From: Candidatus Magasanikiibacteriota bacterium | GTDB lineage: Bacteria > Patescibacteriota > Patescibacteriia > Magasanikbacterales > 2-02-FULL-50-9b | Assembly: GCA_023246755.1 (NCBI GenBank) | Contig: JAHFHU010000004.1 | Location: 4,214 to 68,213, forward strand | Reading direction: 5' to 3' | DNA: 64,000 nucleotides | Shown here: one piece after another, positions 54,648 through 64,000 of the stretch | Position numbering within the stretch: the first letter of the stretch is position 1 | How the letters are laid out: the number at the start of each line of letters is the position of its first letter | Made by a program: the position numbers and the translations under genes | The notes under the pieces: model-generated | What the model was told of the DNA's origin: nothing | What the model saw: the letters and a program-made list of their open reading frames with translations, nothing else | The model's database searches: none

Positions 54648-55280
54648 TCAAACCACGCCCTGCCGCTTTAGTTGAAAAAACACGAACCCACATGCCGCTG
54701 AAATTGTCATCAGCTGAACATACGTTGACATATCCGGCGTTGTTGCTGTGGTCGAAATTAAAAAGCTACTGCTCGCATCAAGCGTGTTCGATGCATTATA
54801 TTGTTCGACGGTCACCGTATAACTACCGACAGTCGAAGGATTGACATATTGTTTGTCTGCGGTCTGTCCTGTTTGGCCCGCGGCCGTTCCTAAATAAATT
54901 GTAGTGGGAAGGTCTGACGCAATCGTAACATCGTATGGCATCGTAATCACGGTTTGAGAATCAGACACCGTTATACCGAGTGTTTGTGTCAGTGCAGATG
55001 AACCATCTGACAGCTCAACACCATTTTTGACAACCTTCACATCGGTGTAATCCATTCCGGATTGCGCAGTAAACCCGCTCGGCCACAAAATTTTTATCTT
55101 CCCATTTGCAGGAACAGAAACTGTACTCGAAAACGAAATCGCATGATTCGCCGCAACGCTCACAACCGTTGTTGATGCTGAATCACTGACCGTCATGCCC
55201 GCAAACACAGGCGTCACTTGGCCAAATAAAACCAAAAATAGCACGAGGTATACAAAACCATTTCTGTAGACAAATTTCAT
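54648..55280 (-). CDS. cell-surface protein with signal peptide, Thr/Ser-rich beta domain and C-terminal hydrophobic anchor
   Basis: Start at MKFVYRNGFVYLVLFLVLFGQVTPVFA (55280). C-terminus LMTISAACGFVFFQLKRQGVV (TM plus basic tail). Confidence 0.5.
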   Translation of the reverse strand: MKFVYRNGFVYLVLFLVLFGQVTPVFAGMTVSDSASTTVVSVAANHAISFSSTVSVPANGKIKILWPSGFTAQSGMDYTDVKVVKNGVELSDGSSALTQTLGITVSDSQTVITMPYDVTIASDLPTTIYLGTAAGQTGQTADKQYVNPSTVGSYTVTVEQYNASNTLDASSSFLISTTATTPDMSTYVQLMTISAACGFVFFQLKRQGVV

Positions 55281-55425
55281 AATTTGATAAAAAACGCAAC
55301 ACATTAATTGAGCAGCATTATACAACAAACTCTCGGAATTGACAAAATTCCAGATATATGTTAGAATTTCACTTTGAAAATTTACAGCAAATTTAAAGCG
55401 GTAAAGGCAAAAATAATCTCATACT

Positions 55426-55626
55426 ATGCAAGGTACAATCAAGTCCCTTCTCACAGACAAAGGTTTCGGTTTCATCGCACCTGAAGATGGTGGTAAGGAC
55501 GTGTTCTTCCACACCTCAGAAGTGATCGGCAACCAGTTCTCAAACCTCAAAGTTGGTGATCTCGTTTCATTCGAAATCAGCGATTCACCAAAAGGCCCAA
55601 AGGCAACCGGTGTTTCACGCGCGTAA
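55426..55626 (+). CDS. cspA: cold shock protein (CspA family)
   Basis: MQGTIKSLLTDKGFGFIAPEDGGKDVFFHTSEV (RNP1 KGFGFI, RNP2 VFFHT). 66 aa. Followed by the terminator hairpin aatccgcc-gcaa-ggcggatt + ttttgtttc. Confidence 0.95.
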   Translation: MQGTIKSLLTDKGFGFIAPEDGGKDVFFHTSEVIGNQFSNLKVGDLVSFEISDSPKGPKATGVSRA

Positions 55627-55648
55627 TAACCGCTGAGCACAAATCATT

Positions 55649-55678
55649 AATCCGCCGCAAGGCGGATTTTTGTTTCTA
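55649..55678 (+). terminator. Rho-independent terminator after csp
   Basis: 8-bp GC-rich stem with gcaa loop and a T-tract. Confidence 0.75.
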
Positions 55679-55787
55679 TAGCCCAACCCTTGACAGCATC
55701 ACGAATTTTATCCACTACTCGCCAAACACGGCGTTTTCGTGCTATTATGTTCGCAATTATTAATTGTCTAACTTTTATATGGCAAAG

Positions 55788-56060
55788 ATGACCAAATCAG
55801 CTATCCTCGCTGCATTATCAGAAGTAACGAGCATGAGCAAAAAAGATGTCGAAACGGTAATGAGCGCGATGGCGACATTGGCGTACAAAGAGGTTAAGAA
55901 AAATGGCGAGTTCGTTGTTCCAGGTCTTGGCAAACTCGTGAAGATCAACCGCAAAGCACGCGATGGTCGCAACCCAGCAACGGGCGAAACGATTAAAATC
56001 GCTGCAAAAACGGTCGTCAAATTCCGTGTTGCAAAGGCAGCTAAGGACGCAGTTCTCTAA
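55788..56060 (+). CDS. hup: DNA-binding protein HU
   Basis: MTKSAILAALSEVTSMSKKDVETVMSAMATLAYKEVKKNGEFVVPGLGKLVKINRKARDGRNPATGETIKIAAKTVVKFRVAKAAKDAV aligns to HU (RNPQTGEEI arm). Start could alternatively be ATG at 55779. Confidence 0.9.
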   Translation: MTKSAILAALSEVTSMSKKDVETVMSAMATLAYKEVKKNGEFVVPGLGKLVKINRKARDGRNPATGETIKIAAKTVVKFRVAKAAKDAVL

Positions 56061-56067
56061 AAATAAA

Positions 56068-56150
56068 AGCACATCACCTGTTCGCTACCACACGCGATGG
56101 CAATTAACGCCATCGCTCGCGGGAAACGCTCTGAGCTGATGTGTTTTTTT
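56068..56150 (+). terminator. compound terminator (two hairpins + T7) shared by hup and the convergent exonuclease gene
   Basis: Outer stem cacatca (56070-56076) with tgatgtg (56137-56143) closes the element. Internal hairpin gcgatggc-aattaa-gccatcgc. Then tttttttatt overlapping the stop of the minus-strand gene. Confidence 0.6.
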
Positions 56151-56865
56151 ATTGAGCGTAATGCCGCAATGTAAAAATCAGGTCCTCGTTTTGCTCGGCC
56201 GCGCTTTTTTGCGATTCGCTCCCGAGAAGCCATTGCAAATATGAGGCATCAACAGCCGCGACTTCAGCAAATGTCTTGCCGCGATATTTTCCAAAATTCA
56301 CGCTCGAGAGTAGCGTCGGCGTTTTCGTGAGTTCAACCATTTTTTGCAGCACCGCATCGTCGGTCGTGAGCAAAAATTTCGCGGCCGCGATTTCTTTGAG
56401 CTGTCCAAACAGCGCTTCTAAAACCAACACGTCCCCGAGCGCATCGTGTGCAGTCGCCGCAGCGCCAACATCAAGCCGCAAAAAATATCGCAAATATTGC
56501 AGCGCATATTGCTCGCTCTCAATGAGATGACGCGCAACGCGACAGGTATCGATATATTCCCCAACCTCGACGCCTTCATTTTTCAAAACTCCGATATCAA
56601 ACGGCGCGTTGTGTGCAACCGCGACGTTCCCCGCAAGCGCGACGATCAAATCCGCACGTGCCGCGCTCTCCACAAACGCTGGTTTATCCGCGACCATCTC
56701 GTTCGTGATGTGATGCACGGCCATGGACCCAAACGAGATTGCAACAGGCGGCTTAAAATATTCGTTGACTGTCGCGCCCGTCGCCGCATTTTTATACGCG
56801 AGCTGCACAAGCCGCCGCGTCGGTTCCAAATCCGTTGTTTCGGTGTCGAAAAAAATAATGTTCAT
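56149..56865 (-). CDS. DnaQ-like 3'-5' exonuclease (DEDDh; DNA pol III epsilon-like) with C-terminal extension
   Basis: MNIIFFDTETTDLEP (Exo I), HNAPFDIGVL (Exo II), HDALGDV (Exo III, DEDDh). Confidence 0.75.
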   Translation of the reverse strand: MNIIFFDTETTDLEPTRRLVQLAYKNAATGATVNEYFKPPVAISFGSMAVHHITNEMVADKPAFVESAARADLIVALAGNVAVAHNAPFDIGVLKNEGVEVGEYIDTCRVARHLIESEQYALQYLRYFLRLDVGAAATAHDALGDVLVLEALFGQLKEIAAAKFLLTTDDAVLQKMVELTKTPTLLSSVNFGKYRGKTFAEVAAVDASYLQWLLGSESQKSAAEQNEDLIFTLRHYAQ

Positions 56866-56873
56866 AATTTAAT

Positions 56874-59288
56874 TTAGCGCACAACAGCTCCGCATTTTTT
56901 CTCAAGCGCGCCCGTGACCGCGCGATGTGCCGCATCCAATTCTTCGCCGCTCAATGTATGATCATCAGCGCCATACACCACGTGAACGGCAACCGCTTTT
57001 TTATCGTCCCCGATTGCCGCGCCGCGAAAAATATCGAAAACTTCTGCGCCACGCACAAGCGGATGAGAACCGCGCGCCGCATCAAGCAATTGATGCGCCG
57101 AAATTTTTTCCGCGACCACAACCGCAACATCGCGCACCGACAATTGATACGCAGATGTCGGTCGATACACCGGTGCAGCCGCAGCCCCGGACAACAATTT
57201 CGTCAGATCAATTTCCGCAATCACCACATCGTGTTCGATTCCCATTTTGCCGCGCACGCTCGCATCAACACGCGCAACATACCCAACCGTCGTGCCCTCA
57301 CACAGCAACTCCGCAGCCGCACCACCCTGCCACCATGGCATGTAATCGTCCGGCGCACGAACTTCGATCGCATAACCCAACTCCGTGCACACACGCACCA
57401 TCGCGTCGCGCGCACGCCCGAACGCATTCTCCGCGCCCGATGATTTCCCGCCAAGCGCAATCGCTAAATGTGTTGATTGACTCGGAGCCGCGCGCTCAAA
57501 AACTTTTGCAATCTCAAACACCGCAACCTCCGCACACGTGCGTTGATTTTTTTCAACAACCTCAGCCAAATTCATCGCAAGCGTTGATGCCAAAAATGGC
57601 CGCTCGCTCGACAACGGATTCGCGAGTTCAATCAAATTATTCGGCGCGATCCCAAACAGCGCCGCGACATGCGGCCGCACATACGCATACGTGTTCACCT
57701 CGATGAGCCCCTGTCGATACGCGCACAACGTTTTAATTTTGAATTGCATGGCAACAACCGCATCTTCTTTTATGTCGTGGATCTGAATCGCGGGCAACGT
57801 GCTTGCGATATTTTCATATCCATAAATGCGCGCAACTTCTTCAACCAAATCATGCACGCCACCCATATCCTTCAAGCGAAACGCCGGAACCGTCACGCGT
57901 ATTTTTTTCGCATCCCCCTTACACACAAACCCGAGCTGCTCCAAAATTTTTTTCGCCACCGACAACTTCACGCCGACGCCAAGTGCGCGATCCATATCTT
58001 CTTGCGAAAAATCAATCACGCGCAACTTCGGCAGCGAACGTTTCACGTCGACAACCGTGCTGACGACACGCGCCGCGGGAAAAATTTCACACAGCAACTC
58101 AATCGCGCGCGCCAAACCCCACTCCGTGTTGTTCGGATCCAACCCTTTTTCAAAACGACTCGAACTTTCTGTGCGCACATGCAGCGCGCTCGATGTTCGC
58201 CGCACCGAACCTGCCGAAAAATTCGCGGATTCAATTACAATCGTGCGCGTCGCGTCACCGATCGAATGCATCGCTCCCCCGATCACCCCCGCGACCGCAA
58301 TCGCATCTGTTTTTGTCGCAACCACGAGCGCGCCCGATGGCAACTCATGTGTTTTCCCGTCGAGCGTCGCAATTTTTTCGCCGGGCTGCGCACCGCGCAC
58401 AAAAATGCTCGCGCGCCGATCGTCCACTTTCACTAAATCAAAATCAAATGCATGGAGCGGCTGCCCACCCTCAAGCATCACAAAATTGGTGACATCCACA
58501 ATTGCGCTCACCGGCCGCACGCCCGCCGCCACCAATCGCTTCTGCATCCACACAGGCGACGGCGCCGCGCCGTCAACCCCCGCCATCACCACCGCCTCAT
58601 ATCGCGGACACAATTCCGCGTCTGCAACTTTCACTTCGAGTGAAATATCTGATTTTGTTTTGATCGCCCGCGGCGCTGGCAAATTAATTTTCGCACCCAA
58701 AACCGCCCCAAATTCCCGTGCCAACCCGCGCACACCCCACAAGTCCGGCCGGTTCGACAGCGCTTTGTTATCCAATTCAAACAACACACCATTTTTCCCG
58801 AGCGCCTCGGCAAGCGGCGTCCCCGCGCGCGACGACAAACTCGATAAATCCAAAATTTCTTTTTCGCCGCCCTTGGGAAACTCGGCCGCCAACCCAATTT
58901 CATCCGCGCCACAAATCATCCCATCGCTTTTCACCCCGCGAATTTCCGTTGGCTCAAGCGTGACCAACTCGCCCGCGCCATGCCACTGCACCCGCGCCCC
59001 CACACGCGCGAGCGCAATTTTTTGCCCGACAACCACGTTTGATCCACCGCACACCACCTGCACCGGCACATGTTCTCCCGCATCAACCGAAACCACGCAC
59101 AATCGATCCGCGTTCGGATGCGGCGCAACCGCGACGATCGCGCCCAAAACCATGTGCTGGAACGCATCCGCCTCCCGCACCATGCCCTCAACTTCTGCAA
59201 CGCGCAGCGTAAATTCACGCGCAATATCTTCATCGCGCCGCCCGCCAAGATCAACAAATTCAGACAACCACTCTTTTGAAATCACCAT
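56874..59288 (-). CDS. pheT: phenylalanine--tRNA ligase beta subunit
   Basis: N-terminal MVISKEWLSEFVDL (tRNA-binding), B3/4, B5 and C-terminal anticodon-binding FDIF/VYGADD..LSGEE regions. 804 aa. Confidence 0.9.
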   Translation of the reverse strand: MVISKEWLSEFVDLGGRRDEDIAREFTLRVAEVEGMVREADAFQHMVLGAIVAVAPHPNADRLCVVSVDAGEHVPVQVVCGGSNVVVGQKIALARVGARVQWHGAGELVTLEPTEIRGVKSDGMICGADEIGLAAEFPKGGEKEILDLSSLSSRAGTPLAEALGKNGVLFELDNKALSNRPDLWGVRGLAREFGAVLGAKINLPAPRAIKTKSDISLEVKVADAELCPRYEAVVMAGVDGAAPSPVWMQKRLVAAGVRPVSAIVDVTNFVMLEGGQPLHAFDFDLVKVDDRRASIFVRGAQPGEKIATLDGKTHELPSGALVVATKTDAIAVAGVIGGAMHSIGDATRTIVIESANFSAGSVRRTSSALHVRTESSSRFEKGLDPNNTEWGLARAIELLCEIFPAARVVSTVVDVKRSLPKLRVIDFSQEDMDRALGVGVKLSVAKKILEQLGFVCKGDAKKIRVTVPAFRLKDMGGVHDLVEEVARIYGYENIASTLPAIQIHDIKEDAVVAMQFKIKTLCAYRQGLIEVNTYAYVRPHVAALFGIAPNNLIELANPLSSERPFLASTLAMNLAEVVEKNQRTCAEVAVFEIAKVFERAAPSQSTHLAIALGGKSSGAENAFGRARDAMVRVCTELGYAIEVRAPDDYMPWWQGGAAAELLCEGTTVGYVARVDASVRGKMGIEHDVVIAEIDLTKLLSGAAAAPVYRPTSAYQLSVRDVAVVVAEKISAHQLLDAARGSHPLVRGAEVFDIFRGAAIGDDKKAVAVHVVYGADDHTLSGEELDAAHRAVTGALEKKCGAVVR

Positions 59289-60304
59289 ATCGTCTGCTGT
59301 AAAAAATTTAAATCGCCCGCGTTAAATTCACGCACATCGCCCACCCCAAATTTCAACATCGCGATGCGCGTCAAACCCAATCCAAACGCAAAACCCGAAA
59401 CTTTTTCCGGATCCAATTTTGCCGCGCGCAACACTTCCGGATGAATCATGCCGCATCCAAAAATTTCAAGCCATCCCGTCCCTTTGCATAACGTGCACCC
59501 CGCGCCGCCGCACATCGAGCAGGTCACCTCGCCATTCACACCCGGCTCAACGAACGGATAAAATTTCGGGCGCAAACGCACGCGCGTCGACGGCCCATAC
59601 AAATGCGTCGCGCACGCTTCAAGCACGCCTTTCAAATCGCCGAGTGTCACCCGCTCACCTACCACAAAACCTTCGAACTGATAAAACGTGTGTTCGTGCC
59701 GCACGTCAGTCGCTTCGTTTCGAAAACATCGTCCGGGCACCACTGCCGCAAGCGGCGCGCCATACGTTTCGAGTGCACGCACCTGCATCCCGCTCGTGTG
59801 TGTGCGCATAACGAGCGACGGATGGTCTTTGATGTAAAATGTGTCCTGCATGTCACGCGCCGGATGGTCCGCCGGAATATTAAGCACCTCAAAATTATAG
59901 AATTCCGACTCAAGCTCGGGTCCATCCAAAACCAAAAAACCTTTTGACCGAAAAAACTTTTCTAAATCTTCGCGTACAATCGAAATCGGATGCAACGCGC
60001 CGTAATTTTGTTTTGGCAACACCGGCTCAGAAATATCGATCAACCCCGCGCCGCTCACCGCTTCCAATTCTGCGCGCCGCGCCGCGATGAGGATCTCGAT
60101 CTCAATTTTAACTTTTTGCGCCCGCGGGCCGACGATTTTTTTTTCTTCTATCGAAAGTCCGCCGAGTGTTTTTAAAATCGCGGTCAAGCGCCCCTGCTTA
60201 CGACCGACCACATTAATTTCAACACTGTCCAGGTCGGCGAGCGAATCCGACGCCGCAATCGCCGCAGCAACACTCGTCAAAATTTCATCAAGTTGTTTCA
60301 ACAT
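59282..60304 (-). CDS. pheS: phenylalanine--tRNA ligase alpha subunit
   Basis: Class II motifs: FRNEATDVRHEHTFYQFEGFVVGE (motif 2), GFAFGLGLTRIAM (motif 3). 340 aa. 7-nt overlap with pheT. Confidence 0.9.
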   Translation of the reverse strand: MLKQLDEILTSVAAAIAASDSLADLDSVEINVVGRKQGRLTAILKTLGGLSIEEKKIVGPRAQKVKIEIEILIAARRAELEAVSGAGLIDISEPVLPKQNYGALHPISIVREDLEKFFRSKGFLVLDGPELESEFYNFEVLNIPADHPARDMQDTFYIKDHPSLVMRTHTSGMQVRALETYGAPLAAVVPGRCFRNEATDVRHEHTFYQFEGFVVGERVTLGDLKGVLEACATHLYGPSTRVRLRPKFYPFVEPGVNGEVTCSMCGGAGCTLCKGTGWLEIFGCGMIHPEVLRAAKLDPEKVSGFAFGLGLTRIAMLKFGVGDVREFNAGDLNFLQQTIW

Positions 60305-60360
60305 ATCCGTGCAATATATGTACGGATTTTACATGATACACCACCATTTTACAAATCAAC

Positions 60361-63300
60361 CTATTTTTTATCCGTATGCGGGCCGACCATTTTTTTCGCG
60401 CGCAAATACGTCATCACCACGGTCGCGATTCGATACTCAACCGGGTCCATTTGTGCCCGAATTCCGTCAAATACGTGTTCGAGCACTGCAAACATTTCGC
60501 TCGCAGATGCTGCGGGATAGCGTCGATGGAATTTTTCGGAAAATTTCATAAATGCATCCATGATTGCGGTGCCGGGCGATTTTTTCATATCAATTTTCGT
60601 ATGCAGCGACCGCTCACGCGTAAGTTCGTCATCGATAAAATGCAAAACCGCAACTTTTTCATGAATATTTTTCCAATCAATTCGATCGAGCGACGCGGGC
60701 GAATACAAAAGCACATCAAGCACATGTTCGATAATCCGCGCGTGCTGCGGGCCGGCTTCCGTATGCAAAATCGCATTTACAGCGCGCTCAACCATGCCAT
60801 TGGTCATGGCTTTAATTTCTGCAGGATTTTTTTCACGAAGCGACTGAACGATCGCCTCAAATTCCGCAGCATGCTCCGCATCAAACGTGTAGGCAATTTT
60901 TTTCGCCTCTTCAGCGCGCGCAACAAGCGATGGCTGCTGAATATGTTTCAAACGCTCTTGCTCCTCTGCGGTTTCGCCACCCGGCGTGCCGTCGAGCCCA
61001 ATCACGCGATATGCACTGCCCGCTTTATCAGCGCCTGCAGAAGTTGGCCACAAAACAAACGCAGTGCCATGCATGTTCCTCGAGTTTGCAGACAGGCCAC
61101 GCACATTAAAACCACTTGTTACGCCACTTACAAAACCGGCTGCACGCAGCATCGCTGCAACAACCAGTGCAAAATCCGCGCACACACCCGTGAATAATTT
61201 TCCGCCTAAAAATTTCGCTTTTTCTGGATCGTTGTGCGCAATCGCTGCAACACGCGATCGCATAAACGTAAACCGATCGGTGTTTGAAAGCCCATCTTTC
61301 GCATACTTCACCTCACCATTTTCAAAATCATAGTATGATTTTTCTCGAACAAACGATTCGATGCGTTCAATCTGTTCGCGCGGCGATTTTTTTTCTATGG
61401 ATCGAAGAAATGCAACACATTCGAGCGGTAAAGCGCCAATCGGAAGTTCCGGCTGCGCCTGTGCATCAGCGGCGCGCCGCGCATGTGCCCACTGCCGGCC
61501 AAGTCCGTCACGCTCGGCTGCTGAAATGTCTTGCGGCACTGCAGACACCGCGCTTCTGCGCAGTGAATACACAATTTTAGCCGCGCCCTTTGGCGGCATC
61601 ACTGTTGGAATGCCGCCATGCATCGTAACCAAAAGCGGCTCCGCGGATTCTACCCCATATGAATCAATTGCTTTAACACGCGCCGCAATAATCTCTGATC
61701 CGATCCTAAATGGTAACACGATTCGACCATTAGCCCCGTTGTGTAGATGAACGGTCATCGTTGTTTCAACAACAGGTTCTTCAAGCTCAGGCGCGATTTC
61801 AAATGCTTGTTTTGGTGTTTTCCATATTTTATCCACCTGATCATATTCAGTGTACAAACCCGTTGCGAAAAATCCATGCGTTGGTTCCCGAAACGAAACT
61901 AAATCTTTGCCACCACCATCTTTTGGGTCTCTACCCCAATAATTGGTGTCGCTCGAAAAATCAACTGCATCATCGCTACCGTGTGCCCGATCCTGCCACG
62001 CTCTCTGCTTCTTCGCTGCTTCCTGCAGTCGAATTGCTGCAACTTCTGGGGCAATGAGATTCACGATTCGCTCTGCAAGTTGATGATCTCTTCCCACAGA
62101 TTTTGCGGGCATTGTTCGAAACAATTCTTTTGCAAGCGGAACATTGCGCGCAGCAGAACGAACCACATCCATAATCCGCCTCACAAACACATGATTTGTT
62201 TCAAGCTGACCGGTAAATTCATCGATCCGCGCTTGCAAGGACATGTTCGATCGATCCTGCTCCGGATGCACGCGATTGAACTCCTCAATAAATCCGGTAA
62301 CATTCGCTTTCGTTGGTTTAAGCGCTGTGTTGAGCAAATCCAATTTTTCTTGTTCCTGCGGCGTGAGTTCTGATTTTGCATCTTCTACATTTTCAAATTC
62401 GTCGAGTGTTGCGATGCGCCACCTGCGTCTTCCGCCATTCCCGAGCTGTTTCAAAAAAACACTACACCGAGTAACCTCCAAAGAAATTAAATCTTTATCG
62501 TCAAGCACACTTTTGATATGCTTTACCACAGTTGCTCCATCTTTCTCAAACGTAACCACGAAGCCTTTTTGTGAACTATCATTTGCTAGAGTTAAAAACC
62601 CACCCCCAAAAAACACAGACCGACCAAAAGATGTATGTTGGACCCCATCTGCAGATAATGTACAATTCAAACCACCGCGATCAGAATTCACAGACCATGC
62701 AACAAAGTCATCTATTGAATCTGGTATGCACAACGAAGTGTACCAAAAAAAGTTGAATTCAAGCATAGTCTCAAACGCTGTCGACTGTACGCGTGTGCGA
62801 TAATTTTTTTTGTCGCCCATTTCAACACACACACAATTCACGACCCCTTGTTGATTTTTATTGTTGTAATCATAAAAAACAAACACGACAACATTTCCTT
62901 TTTGTTCAGATTTAACATAATTACCCAAATTTTTATTCTCGAGAGGAATGTCGTACTCGTTCGCGTACACATGCTGACCATCTGACAAATTCCTAACCAA
63001 AAAATCGGTCTCTCCATAACGCACAACACCCTTCACACCCCTTTGTTCTTCCAATTTCAACCTCAGCAAATCCTTTTTTTGGCCAGTTTCTAGATCGTAT
63101 GCTCTTAACATGCCCCCGTCGCCGATCTCGTAAAACACAGAATTGATAACCTGTTCGTACACGTATTTGTGCGTCTCAGGCACCGTTGTTTTTTTTTGAT
63201 TCTCGAGATCAAAAATAAAACTTGAATACCTGTTGGGGTTGTCCGAGTAAAACTTGAGTAGCGTGTTACTTTGTTCTAGTCGTTCTATGTGAGGACGCCC

Positions 63301-63981
63301 TACGTCTCTGGTCATTACTTCATTCACCACAGGCCTATCACCATGGCGACAATCAAATGCATACCACCCGTGTTCACCAACGATAATTCCGCAAGGAACT
63401 TTGTATGACACCTGCAGCACTTTTGAGTAATCGCCGGGAATTAACCCATCCAGTACGAACCGTGTTCCGTCGCGCAAAATAATTTCAGGTTTTGGTAGTT
63501 CTGACCCACCTCCTTCATAAAAAAAACCATAATCCGCTACTTTGTATTCAACGAATTCCGAAACATCCTGAATCTCAAATTTCACCCCACCTTGATGAAA
63601 CACCTCTCCCTCAACACCACCCTCTTTTTTCTTGAATTCGATCAAACCTGTTTTTTTGTTTTTTTCAAACTCAAATTTCGCTGCGTCCACGCCGCGCCGC
63701 TCCAAACTAGTTCGCAACTCTTCGGTAATAAATTTCTGCGCATTTATTTGCGCTGCCGCAACAACAATGTTGAGTGGCCGCCGACGCTGCGCAAAAAATT
63801 CTTTTAAAAACTCGGCTCGCTGCTCCTCGGTGATCGCGGGCAAGCAGTCCAAAATATGATGCATGTCGTCGGGCGTGATGTACTCGTCAAAAAACGCGGA
63901 CTGCGCGCGCTCGTCGAGCTGCTTCCACACAAAATCATGGACATAAAATCCAACATCATCTTCGTTTTTACACTGATCCAA
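60361..63981 (-). CDS. giant cytoplasmic protein (1206 aa) with C-terminal transglutaminase-like cysteine-protease core
   Basis: No signal peptide or TM. Residues about 880-960 GVCADFALVVAAMLRAAGF ... MHGTAFVLWP ... RVIGLDGT give the Cys-His-Asp order and spacing of the transglutaminase-like superfamily. The N-terminal 850 aa have no recognised domains. Confidence 0.6.
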   Translation of the reverse strand: MDQCKNEDDVGFYVHDFVWKQLDERAQSAFFDEYITPDDMHHILDCLPAITEEQRAEFLKEFFAQRRRPLNIVVAAAQINAQKFITEELRTSLERRGVDAAKFEFEKNKKTGLIEFKKKEGGVEGEVFHQGGVKFEIQDVSEFVEYKVADYGFFYEGGGSELPKPEIILRDGTRFVLDGLIPGDYSKVLQVSYKVPCGIIVGEHGWYAFDCRHGDRPVVNEVMTRDVGRPHIERLEQSNTLLKFYSDNPNRYSSFIFDLENQKKTTVPETHKYVYEQVINSVFYEIGDGGMLRAYDLETGQKKDLLRLKLEEQRGVKGVVRYGETDFLVRNLSDGQHVYANEYDIPLENKNLGNYVKSEQKGNVVVFVFYDYNNKNQQGVVNCVCVEMGDKKNYRTRVQSTAFETMLEFNFFWYTSLCIPDSIDDFVAWSVNSDRGGLNCTLSADGVQHTSFGRSVFFGGGFLTLANDSSQKGFVVTFEKDGATVVKHIKSVLDDKDLISLEVTRCSVFLKQLGNGGRRRWRIATLDEFENVEDAKSELTPQEQEKLDLLNTALKPTKANVTGFIEEFNRVHPEQDRSNMSLQARIDEFTGQLETNHVFVRRIMDVVRSAARNVPLAKELFRTMPAKSVGRDHQLAERIVNLIAPEVAAIRLQEAAKKQRAWQDRAHGSDDAVDFSSDTNYWGRDPKDGGGKDLVSFREPTHGFFATGLYTEYDQVDKIWKTPKQAFEIAPELEEPVVETTMTVHLHNGANGRIVLPFRIGSEIIAARVKAIDSYGVESAEPLLVTMHGGIPTVMPPKGAAKIVYSLRRSAVSAVPQDISAAERDGLGRQWAHARRAADAQAQPELPIGALPLECVAFLRSIEKKSPREQIERIESFVREKSYYDFENGEVKYAKDGLSNTDRFTFMRSRVAAIAHNDPEKAKFLGGKLFTGVCADFALVVAAMLRAAGFVSGVTSGFNVRGLSANSRNMHGTAFVLWPTSAGADKAGSAYRVIGLDGTPGGETAEEQERLKHIQQPSLVARAEEAKKIAYTFDAEHAAEFEAIVQSLREKNPAEIKAMTNGMVERAVNAILHTEAGPQHARIIEHVLDVLLYSPASLDRIDWKNIHEKVAVLHFIDDELTRERSLHTKIDMKKSPGTAIMDAFMKFSEKFHRRYPAASASEMFAVLEHVFDGIRAQMDPVEYRIATVVMTYLRAKKMVGPHTDKK

Positions 63982-64000
63982 AACGCGCTCACGAAAAATT

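Noticed and set aside
56925-59325. Several long plus-strand ORFs (172, 259, 255, 499 aa) across pheT
   Set aside because: All antisense to pheT. Translations are Pro/Arg/Ser/Thr-rich with no motifs. GC-rich antisense frames commonly stay open by chance.
1-64000. CRISPR arrays, rRNA genes, integrases/transposases, prophage blocks
   Set aside because: No regularly spaced direct repeats with unique spacers. No 16S/23S/5S signatures. No recombinase motifs seen. The tRNA cluster is not flanked by integrase-like ORFs.

Overview
This 64 kb window reads as a compact, gene-dense bacterial chromosome segment of about 48% GC with short intergenic gaps, and most genes lie on the minus strand. The gene content points to a reduced-genome Patescibacteria/CPR-like lineage, inferred from the combination of DUF4012+GT2, VanW, ComEC, PilD, NodB deacetylases and a truncated TsaB. 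Ordinary housekeeping genes dominate: translation (infB, leuS, glyQS, pheST, rplJ-rplL with the L10 leader, rpmG, frr), a five-tRNA set (Trp, Thr-UGU, Tyr, Thr-GGU, Glu), tpiA, clpP, trxA, mreB, holB, xseAB, nrnA, csp, hup and hsp20. There are also a cell-envelope operon (HTH regulator, tsaB-like, GT2, DUF4012, mreB, GT4, holB), a hicBA toxin-antitoxin pair and a Fic/NTase pair. No rRNA, CRISPR array, integrase or transposase was seen. Candidates for something new, in my order of interest: (1) the leucyl-tRNA synthetase gene carries two extra catalytic domains inserted in-frame, a NUDIX hydrolase with a perfect Nudix box inside the CP1 editing domain and a YdeN/RBBP9-type serine hydrolase inside the zinc-knuckle region; (2) a prs / LOG-family nucleotide nucleosidase / NAMPT-NAPRT-family phosphoribosyltransferase operon that looks like a ribose-phosphate recycling or NAD salvage module, formally similar to the phage NARP1 logic; (3) an autoinhibited Fic AMPylase with a C-terminal wHTH, co-oriented (same strand, tightly linked) with an ANT(2'')-like nucleotidyltransferase-fold protein and driven by a near-consensus, apparently leaderless promoter embedded in a TTTTCACG operator array; (4) a GC-rich, 24-bp-stemmed structured RNA inside the tRNA cluster; (5) two nested inverted-repeat (MITE-like) elements at gene ends; (6) a 1206-aa cytoplasmic giant protein with a transglutaminase-like Cys-His-Asp core. 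All product calls rest on motif recognition by eye. No database search was run.
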